Assembly: GCA_011109175.1 (NCBI GenBank)
Contig: RDEW01000001.1
Location: 1,719,360 to 1,752,359, forward strand
Length of the DNA: 33,000 bases
Direction of reading: 5' to 3'
Source of the DNA: Dicyema japonicum
Taxonomy: Eukaryota > Animalia > Dicyemida
This document shows positions 1 through 11,257 of this stretch, in pieces; within the stretch, counting starts at the first letter, position 1, and each line of letters starts with the position of its first letter. The position numbers and the translations under genes were made by a program. Below the pieces are notes generated by a model. It did no database searches. It saw nothing but the letters and a program-made list of their open reading frames with translations, and had not been told where the DNA came from.

Positions 1-400
1 TCAATTTTTGTATTTTTCTGATGTTCTTTTCTGTTGGCGATTTTACCATTTTTAGATTATTTCGTTCTCTGATCAGATCTTTCGTCGTTGTTTTGAAACG
101 TTTTGATGACGTAGGTTGCCTCCCCATATGAATGTACTTCCTATTCGCAGAGTTTATGGTGGAGTTGAACGACTTCACTAATTTTCGACGGAGGGAGGAG
201 TGGGGAAATTTAATAGTCCAATGCAATTATCGACGTAATCCTTCAATCCTCTCCAATTCCCAAGGCTGTAATTAGTCATCGTTGGACGTTGTCCTTTTAT
301 CCGTGACCTCGTTTTGACCTTCAAAAATATTGGATTGTGGTCACTCCTGTTGTCATATTTTTACGGAGATGCTGTCACTATTGTTGCAAAATTTTCCCAC
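1..400 (-). mobile_element. Degenerate non-LTR retrotransposon ORF2 fragment (end of APE endonuclease and linker); runs off window
   Basis: Minus-strand translation gives SDHNPIFLKV followed by NYSLGNWRGLKDYVD, the SDH-x-P endonuclease end and N(Y/W)xxxxW linker of LINE ORF2; stops downstream. Confidence 0.6.
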
Positions 401-426
401 AATTTTGTCAATGTCAAAGAAAGTGA

Positions 427-830
427 TTATTATTTAATAACCCCGAAAAGGGAACACCAAGAAAGAGTAATCCAACTAATTAAGTGATCCCGGTACGCCT
501 CAACAGGATCGAGAGGTTTTTCCTGTGTTCCTCCAGAGTACCCACGGCTTTCCTGAATAAACGACGATCATCTTTCATTAGGGTCTGAAGAGGAGTGGGG
601 TTTTTCCCAAATTTCGTGTATTTGAAGCCTTTAGCCTTGAATGGAAGAAACGACTTGTTTCTTGGCCACACAGACAGGTGAAGCCGGAGCCATTATTTTT
701 GATTGCGGCGTGGTCAAGCATTGGAGGGAAAAGATCGGGGGTAGATTCGTTTGACGTGCTAGTTTTCCAATTAGGGTATTGATCTTGAGTGAATTTGATG
801 AAATTGTGAAGAAAGTGCATTCTAAACGCT
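427..830 (-). mobile_element. LINE 3' end, family A copy
   Basis: Frameshifted C-terminus CLCGQET...RLFRKAVGTLEEHRKNLSILLRRTGIT*, then TTAATTAGTTGG...GGGGTTATTAAATAATAAT tail shared with other copies. Confidence 0.65.
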
Positions 831-1000
831 TTAAAAAAATAATTATCAATAATTAATGTTTGCTTTGAAATAATTGATTATTTTATTTTTTGACATTGAT
901 TTTAGCTATCAAAATAACGTCTGTGGCTCGGAACCTGCTGTGTCTCGGGACATATTACTACAGGGATACGTACTTAAGTGAAAATGTAAATTCCTTACGT

Positions 1001-3290
1001 CAGGGGTGGCCAACCTTTTTCACTTGCGAGCTACTTTTTTGTCTGGCGATCGACTTATATACATTTTTTTGTTTTTTAATAACAATTTTTTAATATTAGA
1101 TTTTATTTAAAAAAGAGAACAAGAAACAAACACACCAAAGAGGGAGAGAATTTTTATTTTATAATAAAAATTTTAATGCGATTTTTTCATAATAATTCTA
1201 CTGCAGTTATTTCGAATTTTGGCTCATACTAGCTTATTGCTGTTCTCATGCAGTCCCCAAGGTGGTCATCTGTTAAACGGGTCCTGTATTAAGATTTTAT
1301 CATTTTCATGATCGAAAATGATGTTTTAGATAAATAATCCTTCCGAAGCACAAAAGAATTTGTTGATACGCATCAATCAAAATGGGATATTTTTATGGAG
1401 ACATAAATTTCCACATGTTGACATTTGAATTTATTTTTGAAATGATATCATTTTTAGATATATAATTTCTTTTTGAATATTTATTAGGTCAACGTCAAAA
1501 ATCTTTCTAAATTCTGAAATATTTTCGACGTGACTCTCCATGAACGGAGAATCAAAGAAAGTGCATAAAAAAGTAATATTATTGAAATCGTCAAATCTGT
1601 GATTAAACTCGTTCATTATAATTTGTAGTACCAGAGCAAATTCTTTTGACAAAATGATTTTTATTAACAAGTTTTAAATTTTATTTAGTAAAGAAAAGAG
1701 AGTAAATGGTCATATAGCGGCTGCCTGACTGCGTGGCTATTGCCTCTCAGGATGGCGAGCGAGATTCGCTCAAATAACTAGCGGCGCTCACGAGGGTCTC
1801 CTGATCGTGTAGCGATCCGATTCCCTAGACGACTCAAGAATTCAAGTGTCGCAGGCAAAAGGGAACCAGACGTCTCAACAGCGAGTGAGACAAACAAAAA
1901 ATCCTTGGGCATGACCGCCTACTTTTCCCGTCTCAACTTCTCAGCGAGAGAACAGACTCCAGAGGCACTCTGGAGTAGGTTGCAAGAGGCAAACATGTCG
2001 GTGTAGGTGACGTCCCAGACAAGAGGTTTACCGGCTTCAAAAGGGAAGATTGTCATACCATCTGGTCGTTTCCGTCCTGCTTGCAAAGACCAACAGGCTC
2101 GAGCATGGAGGGCCGGCGGTGTCCAAAGCTCTCCTAACGTCAAGGCCATGTGTTTACGTAATCTTCCTGCACTCTTCCTAGGAGAGAGGGTGCAGGCCAA
2201 AACAGTTGATCTGGTCTCCGCATCGGCACGGATGTGGAACACAGATTTTCAATTCAGTCGTAATGAGATCCCAATACAAAAGCATTCATTATCCAGTAAG
2301 GTACCCAAAACTCCATTGGGAACGGCATTGAGTCAGGCACCGCTCTCGGAAGACGCCCCCGACAACAAACAGGCACACTAGCAAATCATCGAAATAATTT
2401 AGCATCGTCCAGGTCCCGCTGAGAGAACGAGGAAAACAGCGAAAGCCGATAAGCACGGCTCCAGGCCTCACGAGCATGGCCGGCGTCCTTGTCAATAAAG
2501 AATTCAGGGAGGGAGTGTAGAATCCTCTTGATACAGGCCATTAGCGACGATGGATATGCAGGGAGAGAAAGGTCTACTGGGTTGCGAATTCCAAGCCCTC
2601 GGAGTCTCACTGGCAGCGTGGCTTGCTTCCGTGAGTAATCCTCGAACCGAACGTTGAAGATATGCTCCGCTGTCGTACGGAAGATCCCGTTAATATGTGC
2701 GAGTTGGTCACATTGGGTGAAATAGAAAGCAGTCCTCAGGTTGTTTTGTGAATTCATCTTCAATATTAGGAAAATGGGTAAAATTTTATTTTGGATTTGA
2801 GATATCCACAATTCTAACTTCATTTTGAAAGAACTTATTAAGCTGATCATATCGAGAATATATTTATTGTTTCCCTGTAATTCCAAATTTAGTTCATTCA
2901 GGTTTGTGGTAATATCAGTTGAAAATGCCAAAAGCCAATCAGAATTAACAAGAAAATGCTAATCCTTATTGTTTTCTGCAAAGGTAGATCGCCTTAGTTT
3001 GCATCGACTTGTTCTAGAAAAGTCCAAATAATCTTTTTTGTAGGGCCTTAGCACTGATAAAATTAATATTTCAACGGTTGTCTGCATAACATAGTTAAAT
3101 CTAACATTTTCCAACAAAATGCATGTTGGTGAACGTCTTCCCGACAAAATGCAAGAAATCCATTTTGAATACAATCACTCCAGGCAAGCCATCTGTTGTT
3201 ATGGATACATGTTTCTTCATTAACGGTAGATGGGTGTCTTGTTTCCCTTGATGACTTAATCAATAGGTTTTACTCCAATCGAAAGGAGTG
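1001..3290 (-). mobile_element. Degenerate hAT (Charlie/SPIN, GTF2IRD2-like) DNA transposon, interrupted by a CRE fragment at about 1690-2740
   Basis: Transposase pieces: VHQHAFC (about 3130), WLLAFSTDITTNLNELNLELQG (about 2940-2870), EFNHRFDDF (about 1610), FSIMKMIKS*YRTRLTDDHLGDCMRTAIS (about 1320-1230). One TIR-like end CAGGGGTGGCCAACCTTTTT at 1001-1020; other end not found. Confidence 0.85.
1690..2740 (-). mobile_element. CRE-clade non-LTR retrotransposon 3' fragment (post-RT, Cys/His motif, restriction-like endonuclease)
   Basis: QATLPVRLRGLGIR, PHPCRCG...LHPLS, RKRPDGMTIFPFEAGKPLVWDVT, and terminal RISLAILRGN; frameshifts and stops. Confidence 0.85.
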
Positions 3291-3837
3291 AGGACTCAGC
3301 TTTGTATCTGAAAAGAGGATAGTGAATGATTCAAATGACCTAGCAACAACCCCTAGAAGAGGTTAAGAGTACTGTTATATAATGCTGCTAAACGCATCAC
3401 CCGATGCAGATGAAGAGTAGTCTAAAGGGAAGAAATGTAAATGGCTCCTCATCGGTTCAGTGCGCTGTCGAGAGAACAGACTTATGCCGTATCTAAATCA
3501 CCGTTATCTTCTTAGAAAAAATTACTTCCACTTCAACTCAGTTGTCTCTTAGTTCCGGTCAGTCGCCATGTCCTCACCATACAGAGTTGTCAGTTTCAAA
3601 GGCGTTTAGATGCACAATTCTTAGATAATAAATTAACACCAGCTTAGCTAACATTCAGAAGACCTCCATTAGGAAGGATGTCGCCCCCAGAAATCATGAC
3701 TTCTAGTCCTGGTGGTCCAAGAAAAGTAAGAAGATGACGAACTTTTGTTCACACAGAGTAGGGCGATTCCATATTGTAAACGTCTGAGTTCCACTCGGAG
3801 TTTGGAGCATTGATTCTGAGGTTTTGATCTCAGGAGT

Positions 3838-4278
3838 CTAATCGAAAGAGGTTTTATTCGATTTCCCCTGCTGTAATAAGGCGTATCTCTTCCAAGTATC
3901 GGCCATTTTGAAACCCCCTTTATAGAAAAAAGAGTGATCCTTTTTGGACGGGTATTTCCTGAGTTGGTGGTTTTCGGATAGGAAGGTTGAAATTATTTTA
4001 ATAGGAGAACAGCGGCTTAAGTAGGACGCAGCAAATCCCGGTCGCTCCCATGGAGCGGTCAGTCTTGGCTTTGTAGATGAACATTGTACTATTTCAGGAC
4101 ATTCAGAAAAGTGATTTTCTGTCAACTCGAAGAGATCACAAAAAGAACAAAAAACATTGTTTACATCATCCAGTTTACATACGTAGGTCGGTAGAGAGGG
4201 GGTGGTGCCACATCGTAGATGAATCCAAGTATCCAGTTGGTCGCTGTCCTTAAAGAATTGATTCACTATTAAATTCAA
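3838..4278 (-). mobile_element. Open frame resembling the LINE ORF2 C-terminal CCHC zinc knuckle
   Basis: IHLRCG...LPTYVCKL...CSFC...TENHFSECP matches the RLRxG..L..YL..CxxC..T..H...CP pattern. The start is TTG, not ATG. Confidence 0.5.
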
Positions 4279-4361
4279 ATTTAACTAAAAAATATTTGAA
4301 TTATGAAATTTCAGTTTAAAAAAGTTTTAATTTTTAAATTTAAAAATCTTATATTTTGCAG

Positions 4362-5292
4362 ATGAAATCCTCTTTGCTTGACATTTCCAAGCGAATTAAG
4401 CTGAACGACGGGAATCAAATTCCAATTTTTGGTCTCGGGACGTACAAGGCTTCAGATTCTCTTGTGGCTAATGTGGTAGCCAATGCTATAAAAATGGGAT
4501 ACCGACTAATTGACACTGCAGAGTTTTATAAGTTTTATTTTATTATCACAAAGTAACGAGGAGGGGGTTGGGAAAGGAATCATAGAATCAGGAGTAACAC
4601 GTGACAAATTGTTTGTGGTTACTAAACTGTGGGAAAAGGGCGGAACCGCTTGTAGGCAACATTTTCTTGAAAGTCTCAAAAAGTCTTGATTTCATAATAA
4701 TTCAGATTAAAACTTGACTACATAGACTTGTATCTAATCCACCATCCCTTTGGGGGACAAATTGTGGAGACATATTCAACAATGCTGGAACTCAGAGATC
4801 AGGGGTTGATTCGGTCTGTGGGCGTCTCCAACTTTGGAGTCCACCACTTAGAAAACATGAAGGCCGCTAATTTGCCGATTCCCGCGGTTAACCAGATCGA
4901 ACTCCACCCATGGCTGCAGCAACGAGAACTTGTGGATTACTGTTTGGTTAAGGGGATCCTTCCAATGGGGTATTGTCCACTGGCCAGGGCTGGTAGAATG
5001 AAGGAAAGACCTCTGATTGAGATCTCCTCGAAGTTGGTTTATGGTTTACTTGAGGTACGAGAGAACTCCGGCTCAGATTTTGATCAGATGGAGTCTTCAA
5101 TCTGGATTTGTGACTATTCCAAAGTCGGTGGATATCGGCAGGATCAAAGAGAATAGCATTGTGTTTGACTTTGATCTTGCCGACGAGGATATGAAGATTT
5201 TGGTTTTTAGTAATTTTGAGTTTGACTAGAATTCCTTCTATCAAAGTCAGTGTACCGTTTGGAATCCTATTAATGAACCTTGGGTCGGTTGA
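4362..5292 (+). CDS. Aldo-keto reductase (AKR5/glyoxal-reductase-like), 278 aa, 4 micro-introns
   Basis: Introns 4532-4553 (22), 4683-4705 (23), 5033-5054 (22), 5203-5229 (27) give an 837-nt frame. Motifs [48 protein letters not shown]; catalytic D/Y/K/H present. Confidence 0.95.
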
Positions 5293-5347
5293 TTTTTTGG
5301 TCTTTATTTTATTTTTTGAATTTTATTAATGTCACGTGCTTTAACTC

Positions 5348-5610
5348 TAGCTTAATGGTTGGGATGCCTTACTATTGGTACTGGGTTCGATTCCCACTGG
5401 CTATTTAGTGGAGGTTTCTCTCCCTTTCCTCTGTTCCTTATTTTATTCCGTTCTATTAGAATAACACCACGTGATCCACCTGTCTCAGGTGGAAAATGGC
5501 GTGAAAAAAATATCATTTGCTCTTCCCCACTCAATTGGGGGGTTCCCACAACTGAAAGGTCTGAATGTATTCATCGATTTTGGTTGATTCTGGATGAAGT
5601 TCTCTAGGTT
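5348..5610 (+). mobile_element. SINE-like element: tRNA-like head joined to family A LINE-derived body
   Basis: A-box-like TAGCTTAATGGTTGG (5348) and B-box GGGTTCGATTCCC (about 5383). The cloverleaf is incomplete. 5400-5610 is similar to 26085-26300 and 21900-22090. Confidence 0.45.
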
Positions 5611-5639
5611 AATCTGGTGATGTAGTTCTCATATGCTTT

Positions 5640-5810
5640 CATCTCCTAATGAGGGATGTCCCTCTATAATGAGTGGATGAATTGATTGACTCTGGAGACA
5701 TGGGATACATGAAAGTTATCAACAAGTGTTCTATGTCCCCTGTTTGAATTCTACCTTGTCTAAAATTTGGGAGACTCGGACAGTGGTCGTCTACCTTGAG
5801 GAAGAATATA
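5640..5810 (+). repeat. Family B dispersed repeat (probable LINE 3' region), copy 1
   Basis: Colinear similarity to about 17960-18075 (GACTC..GAG.CATG...CAAGTG..TGTCC.CTGTT.GAATT...AAAA.TTGG...GTCTACCTTGAGG). Confidence 0.55.
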
Positions 5811-6227
5811 ATTACGAATTCTTCGCCATTCTTAGTAATAAATACGAAAATAGAGACCAGATTCTCGACAATTTATGGGACTTTAGATATTAAAATATAA
5901 CAGGGTCATCGGTAAGCTGGTCACGTGGATTTCTTGGAGAAGGTCTAATAATTAAGGATTTATCCCCTTCGACGTAATCATTTTCTTAAAACTGCAAGAT
6001 TGGAATTACAAACTAAAGAAAATTTGGGGAGACAAAATTTTAGGTTCCAAGTCTCTCCCGTCCAGTCCAAACAAGAATCTTGACGCTGAGGAAAAGACCT
6101 TGTTAAAGTCGGACAACTATGATTTTTGAGGAGTGCACGTGCAAGATTATATATTGTTTCTATAAAAAATTGTTTATTTTTAATTTTTTTAAATTTAATT
6201 TGTTCACGTTGTTTTTGTTGGGTCGCC

Positions 6228-6479
6228 ATGACTGATAAAGAGTTGCAGAGTTTTATGGAATCAGAAGTATCTAAGCAGCAATCCTTCGCGGTGGTAACTG
6301 AACTGACTTCCAAGTGCTGGGAATTGTGTGTTGGTAAGCCTGGAAATTACATGGACAAATCAACAGAAAAATGCTTATCAAACTGCGTAAATAGTTTCAT
6401 AGAAGCGTCTCAGTATCTGATAGAATGTCTCCAATCCAAAGAGGCCAACTCATATGATGAGGTCAGGACTATTATCTAA
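6228..6479 (+). CDS. TIMM8: Mitochondrial intermembrane small Tim chaperone Tim8, 83 aa, intronless
   Basis: Twin CX3C (CWELC, CLSNC), ELQSFMESE N-terminus and KPG motif as in Tim8; GCCATG start; AATAAA at 6487-6492. Confidence 0.9.
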   Translation: MTDKELQSFMESEVSKQQSFAVVTELTSKCWELCVGKPGNYMDKSTEKCLSNCVNSFIEASQYLIECLQSKEANSYDEVRTII

Positions 6480-6739
6480 TTTGTTTAATAAAGATTTCTC
6501 TTATGTCCTAGGTTTGTATATTCTCCTCCCAAAAGTGTAAGAGTTGAGCCTTCTATGACATATTAGTAGCAATCTCACTATAATCCTACACGTGGACACA
6601 TATTGTCCAGTACCTCCTATTCGGTTGGGAGATTGAAACAAGGAAAGTTTGTGAACCCGACGCTTTTTGGATAAAAAGTACGTTTTTCAGTTGTTTCCTG
6701 AATCGGTACAATCGCATGAAGAGGAAGATGAGGTCTTCA

Positions 6740-6935
6740 CTTGTTTTTAATAACGCTGGATACAACTTAAACAGGGTCTATCTATAGTTCCCCTGTCGGA
6801 GTGGGAGGCATCCTTTCCAAGCACCCCTACATATCCGCTATTATGTGAACCCTCGACTAGTGAAGAGATATCCTTTTTGAATGCCGCCCAAACCTTGGGC
6901 GTTTACTGAGGCTGGTGTACCACGTGCCGTTCGTT
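6740..6935 (-). mobile_element. LINE 3' end, family A copy
   Basis: Close to 21600-21730 (CATCCTTTCCAA.CACC...CATATCCGC.ATT..GTGAACCC); minus-strand tail GTTGTATCCAGCGTTATTAAAA. Confidence 0.65.
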
Positions 6936-7250
6936 CTCACTTTAAATGAAGCACCGTAGCAAGTACTGGAGCTACTTCACCAGTGTGAACAAAGAAGACT
7001 TATAATTGTCGTTAAAATAGCCCGACTGATCTACAACTGCAAGGAACACGGCCAAATTAACTTAACACCTTAGTCCCATTAAGCTTACTAAAAACGAACT
7101 ACGGTTTTCCGTAAAACCACCTTAATAAGGTCAAAAATAAAATAATTAAAAAAAGTAGTTTATTTAAATTGCATTCAGAAAATAAACCAGTAATGATGCT
7201 GCAAGTAATCTCCCAACCATAGCCAGTTACTCTCTTATTATCAAACAAAA

Positions 7251-8221
7251 TCAATCGTCACATACTGACAAATAATCCTCAATAAGGACATTAGGACAGC
7301 AAAGAATATCATCCACAAACGAATATACCCTCTTCCCCTTCATATCCTCCTCTTCCATCAAAGGGATTTTCCTCCCCATAGTCCTCAGAATATTCTTAAT
7401 AAGCCCACATCTATCTGAAGCCACTCTCCCCATCTCCAAAGAGTTCTTCATGCAAAAATCACCAATAGACATTGTAGAACCGGTCTCCACTACATAGGAA
7501 ATGTACAAGGAAGCAGAGCACGTGGCCGAGTGATTCGATCTTGAGTTCTCAGAAAAGACCTGGTAGAAGAGACTACATAGCTTCCTGGCACGTGACACGA
7601 CCGATTCACTGAATTTTGAGGCAGCCATGGAGATGAGGCTATCCCCTTTGTTCTCTCAGGCTCTCTCGGAATCTTTAAATCAATAATACTCCCAGCCAGG
7701 TGAACCACGAAAGCAAGAGGCCGTTTCCATGACGATAGGCCGATGGCTAAGAAAAGCTAGGGATTATTGATCCACGAACCTGTGAATATGGCAGAGTGTA
7801 TCCAAAATTTGTGAGGAAACTGATTCTGAAGGAATATACGGCGACAGCCTGCTTGATTGGGGCTTTACAGTTTGGCAATCTGGCTGAAGAGTCATAAATT
7901 TTGTCCATGATAGCACGTGCAGGTCTAAGCACTTGTTCCGAGACCTTAAATTTTCTTCCTAGTTTTTCTAGGCAATCCAATGAAATGTTCCTGTCTATTG
8001 ATAAAGTACAAATCAGAACATGTTGGGAGAGAAGGCCTGTTCACTTTAGAGCGTCTTTCAAAAAGGTTTTGGTTGTTGGTAGCGAAGGTTTTATATCCAG
8101 ATTGAAAATATGTTGAATCATAAACAACACTATTTAGCACAGTCCCACAATTTGAACATATTTCCCCACTAATCAATGATTCAGCTGTTCCTGCCTCGCC
8201 GCAGTCAGGACACACATCCAT
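7251..8221 (-). CDS. BRF2: TFIIB-family factor, BRF2-like; 2 micro-introns plus one unresolved frame change
   Basis: Zinc ribbon CPDC...CSNC, cyclin folds (KQAVAVYSFR; FCMKNSLE...RKIPLM...VYSFVDDIL, aligning from memory with BRF2). Introns 7995-8019 (25) and 7757-7779 (23). The frame change near 7640-7690 needs a 35-nt intron (7655-7689) or one missing base. The true C-terminus is uncertain. Confidence 0.75.
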
Positions 8222-8339
8222 CAAAAGTCAAATAATTTTTAATTTAATTATTTGAATTTATAAATTAAAATATCCTTTTGATACAACTGAATTAATAAAA
8301 TAAAAACTGTATGCTTTCCATTCTCAAAAAAATAATTTT

Positions 8340-9450
8340 TCACATGGCTGTGACCAGACTAAATAACTCAAAGCTCCAGGCCCAGATAATGTTAATGCAG
8401 AGCTCATAAAATACGCTCCTGAAGAGTTTCAAAAACTCATTACTCACATTCTGAACAAAACTTTTGAGGAACACTCCAGAATTAACATCGGAATCGGAAA
8501 ATTAATCCCCTTACATAAAACGGGGAAGGAAAAAGGAAAGCTAAACAGCTTAAGACCATCATACTACTCAAATCACTGCGCCAAATCTTATCGCTAATCG
8601 CTCTAGAAAGAAAAAAGCCCCACTACGTGGATATATCGGAGCTAGCCAAAGTGGATTTGTCTCTGGAAGATCAACTTCCGATGCCGTTTGGAGCCACAAA
8701 TTGATGTGTGCATCATGCCAAAAATATAAAGAAGAGTACCACATAGTGGGAATCCACCTATCTAAGGCATTTGACTCAATCAGCAGAGTCAAGATGATAC
8801 AAATATTAACACCACTACTCGAGGAAGATTGCATCAGAATAATTCGTTATACTCTCTTCCACTCAACTATTTATCCAGTTCGGAAATCAGAAATCTAAAG
8901 TATTCGGAACAAACAAGGGCACCCCCAAGGAGACGCCCTATCCTCGGTCTTATTCATCGCATATCTGGAAGCAATCCTACGAGAAACCAGGAATAATATC
9001 CCCAGACATATAACGGAAGTCATCTTCGCAGATGACATAGATCTCACAGCAACAGACCACCAATTAGAAGGTATTATCGACAAATTGGCCAAATCACTAG
9101 CAGCTTTCGCTCTTAAAAAACTAAACTACGTATGGCTACGAGGTAAACAAATTTCTGCCTCTTTAAAAATCAAATTATACAATATGTTCGTAAACCGGTT
9201 TTACTGTACAACTCTTCTACCTGGGCACTCACAATGCATGAAATGGAAAGTCTGATCTCCTAATGCAGCTCAGATACATAAGAATTTCTTGGTCAAAGCA
9301 CATCTCAAACAAACACCTCTATTCCCATTACGATGTCCACCCATTGGACGGAGAAATAAGAAGCAACAGATGGGGCTTATTTGGTCACATCTTAAGAATG
9401 GACAGGAATACTCCCGCTAATCTCGCGATTGAACACCAAGCGAGATAACT
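8340..9450 (+). mobile_element. Degenerate RTE-like LINE reverse transcriptase
   Basis: KAPGPDNVNAELIK, QSGFVSGRST, LSKAFDSI, GTPQGDALSSVLF, FADDIDL, WGLFGHILRM spread across frameshifts. Confidence 0.9.
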
Positions 9451-9699
9451 TTACTGACGTTGTTTTGAGGTGTGCTTATTAATAATAATGGTTTCACTTA
9501 CACTCTTTACAAGGATTTTGGTAAAATCCTTACTATTGTTCCTTTTCACAGTAGGTTGCACAAGAAGACTCGCAAAGAACGCTGTTTGTATGTAAGCTTA
9601 GATATTTCTGCCTACTTCTAACTGTCTCATGTGCCTCCTCTTGAACATTGCAACGATGTCACCTGTGTCATTCATAAGAGGCGTCATGTCGTCTGCCTG

Positions 9700-9880
9700 T
9701 TTAAAGATATGCTTAGTGATTTCTCTCTTTCCTACAAATTGGATAGGTACCCACGATGACAGATGTGGATAGACGTGATGCCTCAAAGAATGCGTCTCTC
9801 TGATCATGGATACTAGGATCACTTATTTAGTTGAGGATTCTCTTTCTTTCTCTTTAACCCGGAGATCCTGGGATAACGTG
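9700..9880 (+). mobile_element. LINE 3' end, family A copy
   Basis: GATACTAGGATCACTTATTTAGTTGAGGATTCTCTTTC (about 9808-9845) matches the 427-495 copy. Confidence 0.5.
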
Positions 9881-10884
9881 GACTAATGCATTATCCCAAC
9901 TGGATTCTGATTCCGCTGTTATGAGCCCGTAAATAAGCTAAATAAGCAAAAATTTACGAATTGTTGAATGACGGTTGCCAAGCAACGAGGTCTTTGCAGT
10001 TTTTTTTGTTTCATTTAAGTCCTTTGTACTTCTCAGTGGCGAAATAAGAAAATACATTTTACAAATTTGGATCGATTAGGTCCCACTCGGTTTACCCTTG
10101 AACCCCTAGAAAGGTAACGTGTGGATAAACTTGATCTCCGACATCAGTGATGAGTAGGGAACACAAAATAGAATAATCCGAACAAGGTCGATCTATCATG
10201 GTAGGTCACAGTGATTATTATTGAACTCGTCACTTATTCTAGTAAACACGTGGTCTAACATCTGTTAATACCTATCCACTAACAAGATATGAGCATTTAA
10301 GATTCTGTGGCCTGCCGAGCCACGTGTAACTTCTTTATTTTCCCACGTTTTTTGACTTGTCGAGGTCATCTCTGTCCACTGAGTCGTCTCCCAACTCTTC
10401 GGAAGTTTTCGTCCAGGAGAATCAGGATTCTTTGAAGTCAGGGGATAAGGGCTATCGGATATGAGGTAGTCCTTATAGCCACGTTCTCTGTGACCCCAAT
10501 TTTATTCTGAGTATAGACACAATCTATTTTTAAGATTAAAATATTGATTTTTAAAACAGGAAGCAATTGCTACTAAGGAAATAACATTGAGGAACTCCCA
10601 ACTTGAATTCGATATTCAAAAATATTATTACTGTATATTTACTTACCCCTAGAATGATTGGGAGTCCAACTGCTTGCACAAGATCTTCAGATACGGGAGA
10701 TTCATACATTAGTTATTAAGTAATTCTGCTTACAGCAGGTAGCCTAAGACATTGTATAATAATCGCCAGACATCCCCACAGTCTCCCAGAATGACTAGGA
10801 ATACAGTAATTATTCCAATAATCTAATCGGCTATCATGACGGGGGACTATTCGTCATACTAGCATCAGGGAGAACACATAAATT

Positions 10885-11030
10885 ATTATTGAAAGCCCAA
10901 GACCAGGAAAGAAAGATTAAACCAACTAATTATGCGATCCCAGCCTCCAATAGCTCCCGAACTCTCCTTGAGAATTCCGCCAGCTATCCAACCGCTTTTC
11001 GGAAGTGCCTTTTGTTTTGTCTGCAGAGGA
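10885..11030 (-). mobile_element. LINE 3' end, family A copy
   Basis: Translates FRKAVG*LAEFSRRVRELLEAGIA*, then TAATTAGTTGG...CTTGGGCTTTCAATAATAAT, parallel to the 427 copy. Confidence 0.6.
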
Positions 11031-11257
11031 TGAAAACACATTAAAAGTTATATTAACCAGTCAGCAGTATTTTTTTACACAGAAGAGCTTAAAAATAGCA
11101 ATTTCCTGATTAATTGTAATTTCGTATAAAATCGATGTAATATATTAAGTCGGTGCCGTACATGCAATCATTACGTTGTCGTTGGTTGCGCTAACTAGCT
11201 GTAGTTTCTGGTGGGGGTTTTAATATTTAATTTTTATAGGAAAATAATTATTATTAA

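Noticed and set aside
4340-4364. TTTTGCAG directly before the AKR ATG as a trans-splice acceptor
   Set aside because: The other genes do not share an AG at a consistent position before ATG; a 5' UTR intron or chance explains it.
4362-5292. Bacterial-like AKR as horizontal transfer
   Set aside because: Similar AKR5-type enzymes are widespread in eukaryotes and the gene has four introns; this cannot be supported without a phylogeny.
6865-6880. ATATCCTTTTT resembling a U12-type donor, or U11 5' end on the minus strand
   Set aside because: It lies inside a family A repeat copy (homologous to 21600-21730), not in a gene or a U11-like fold.
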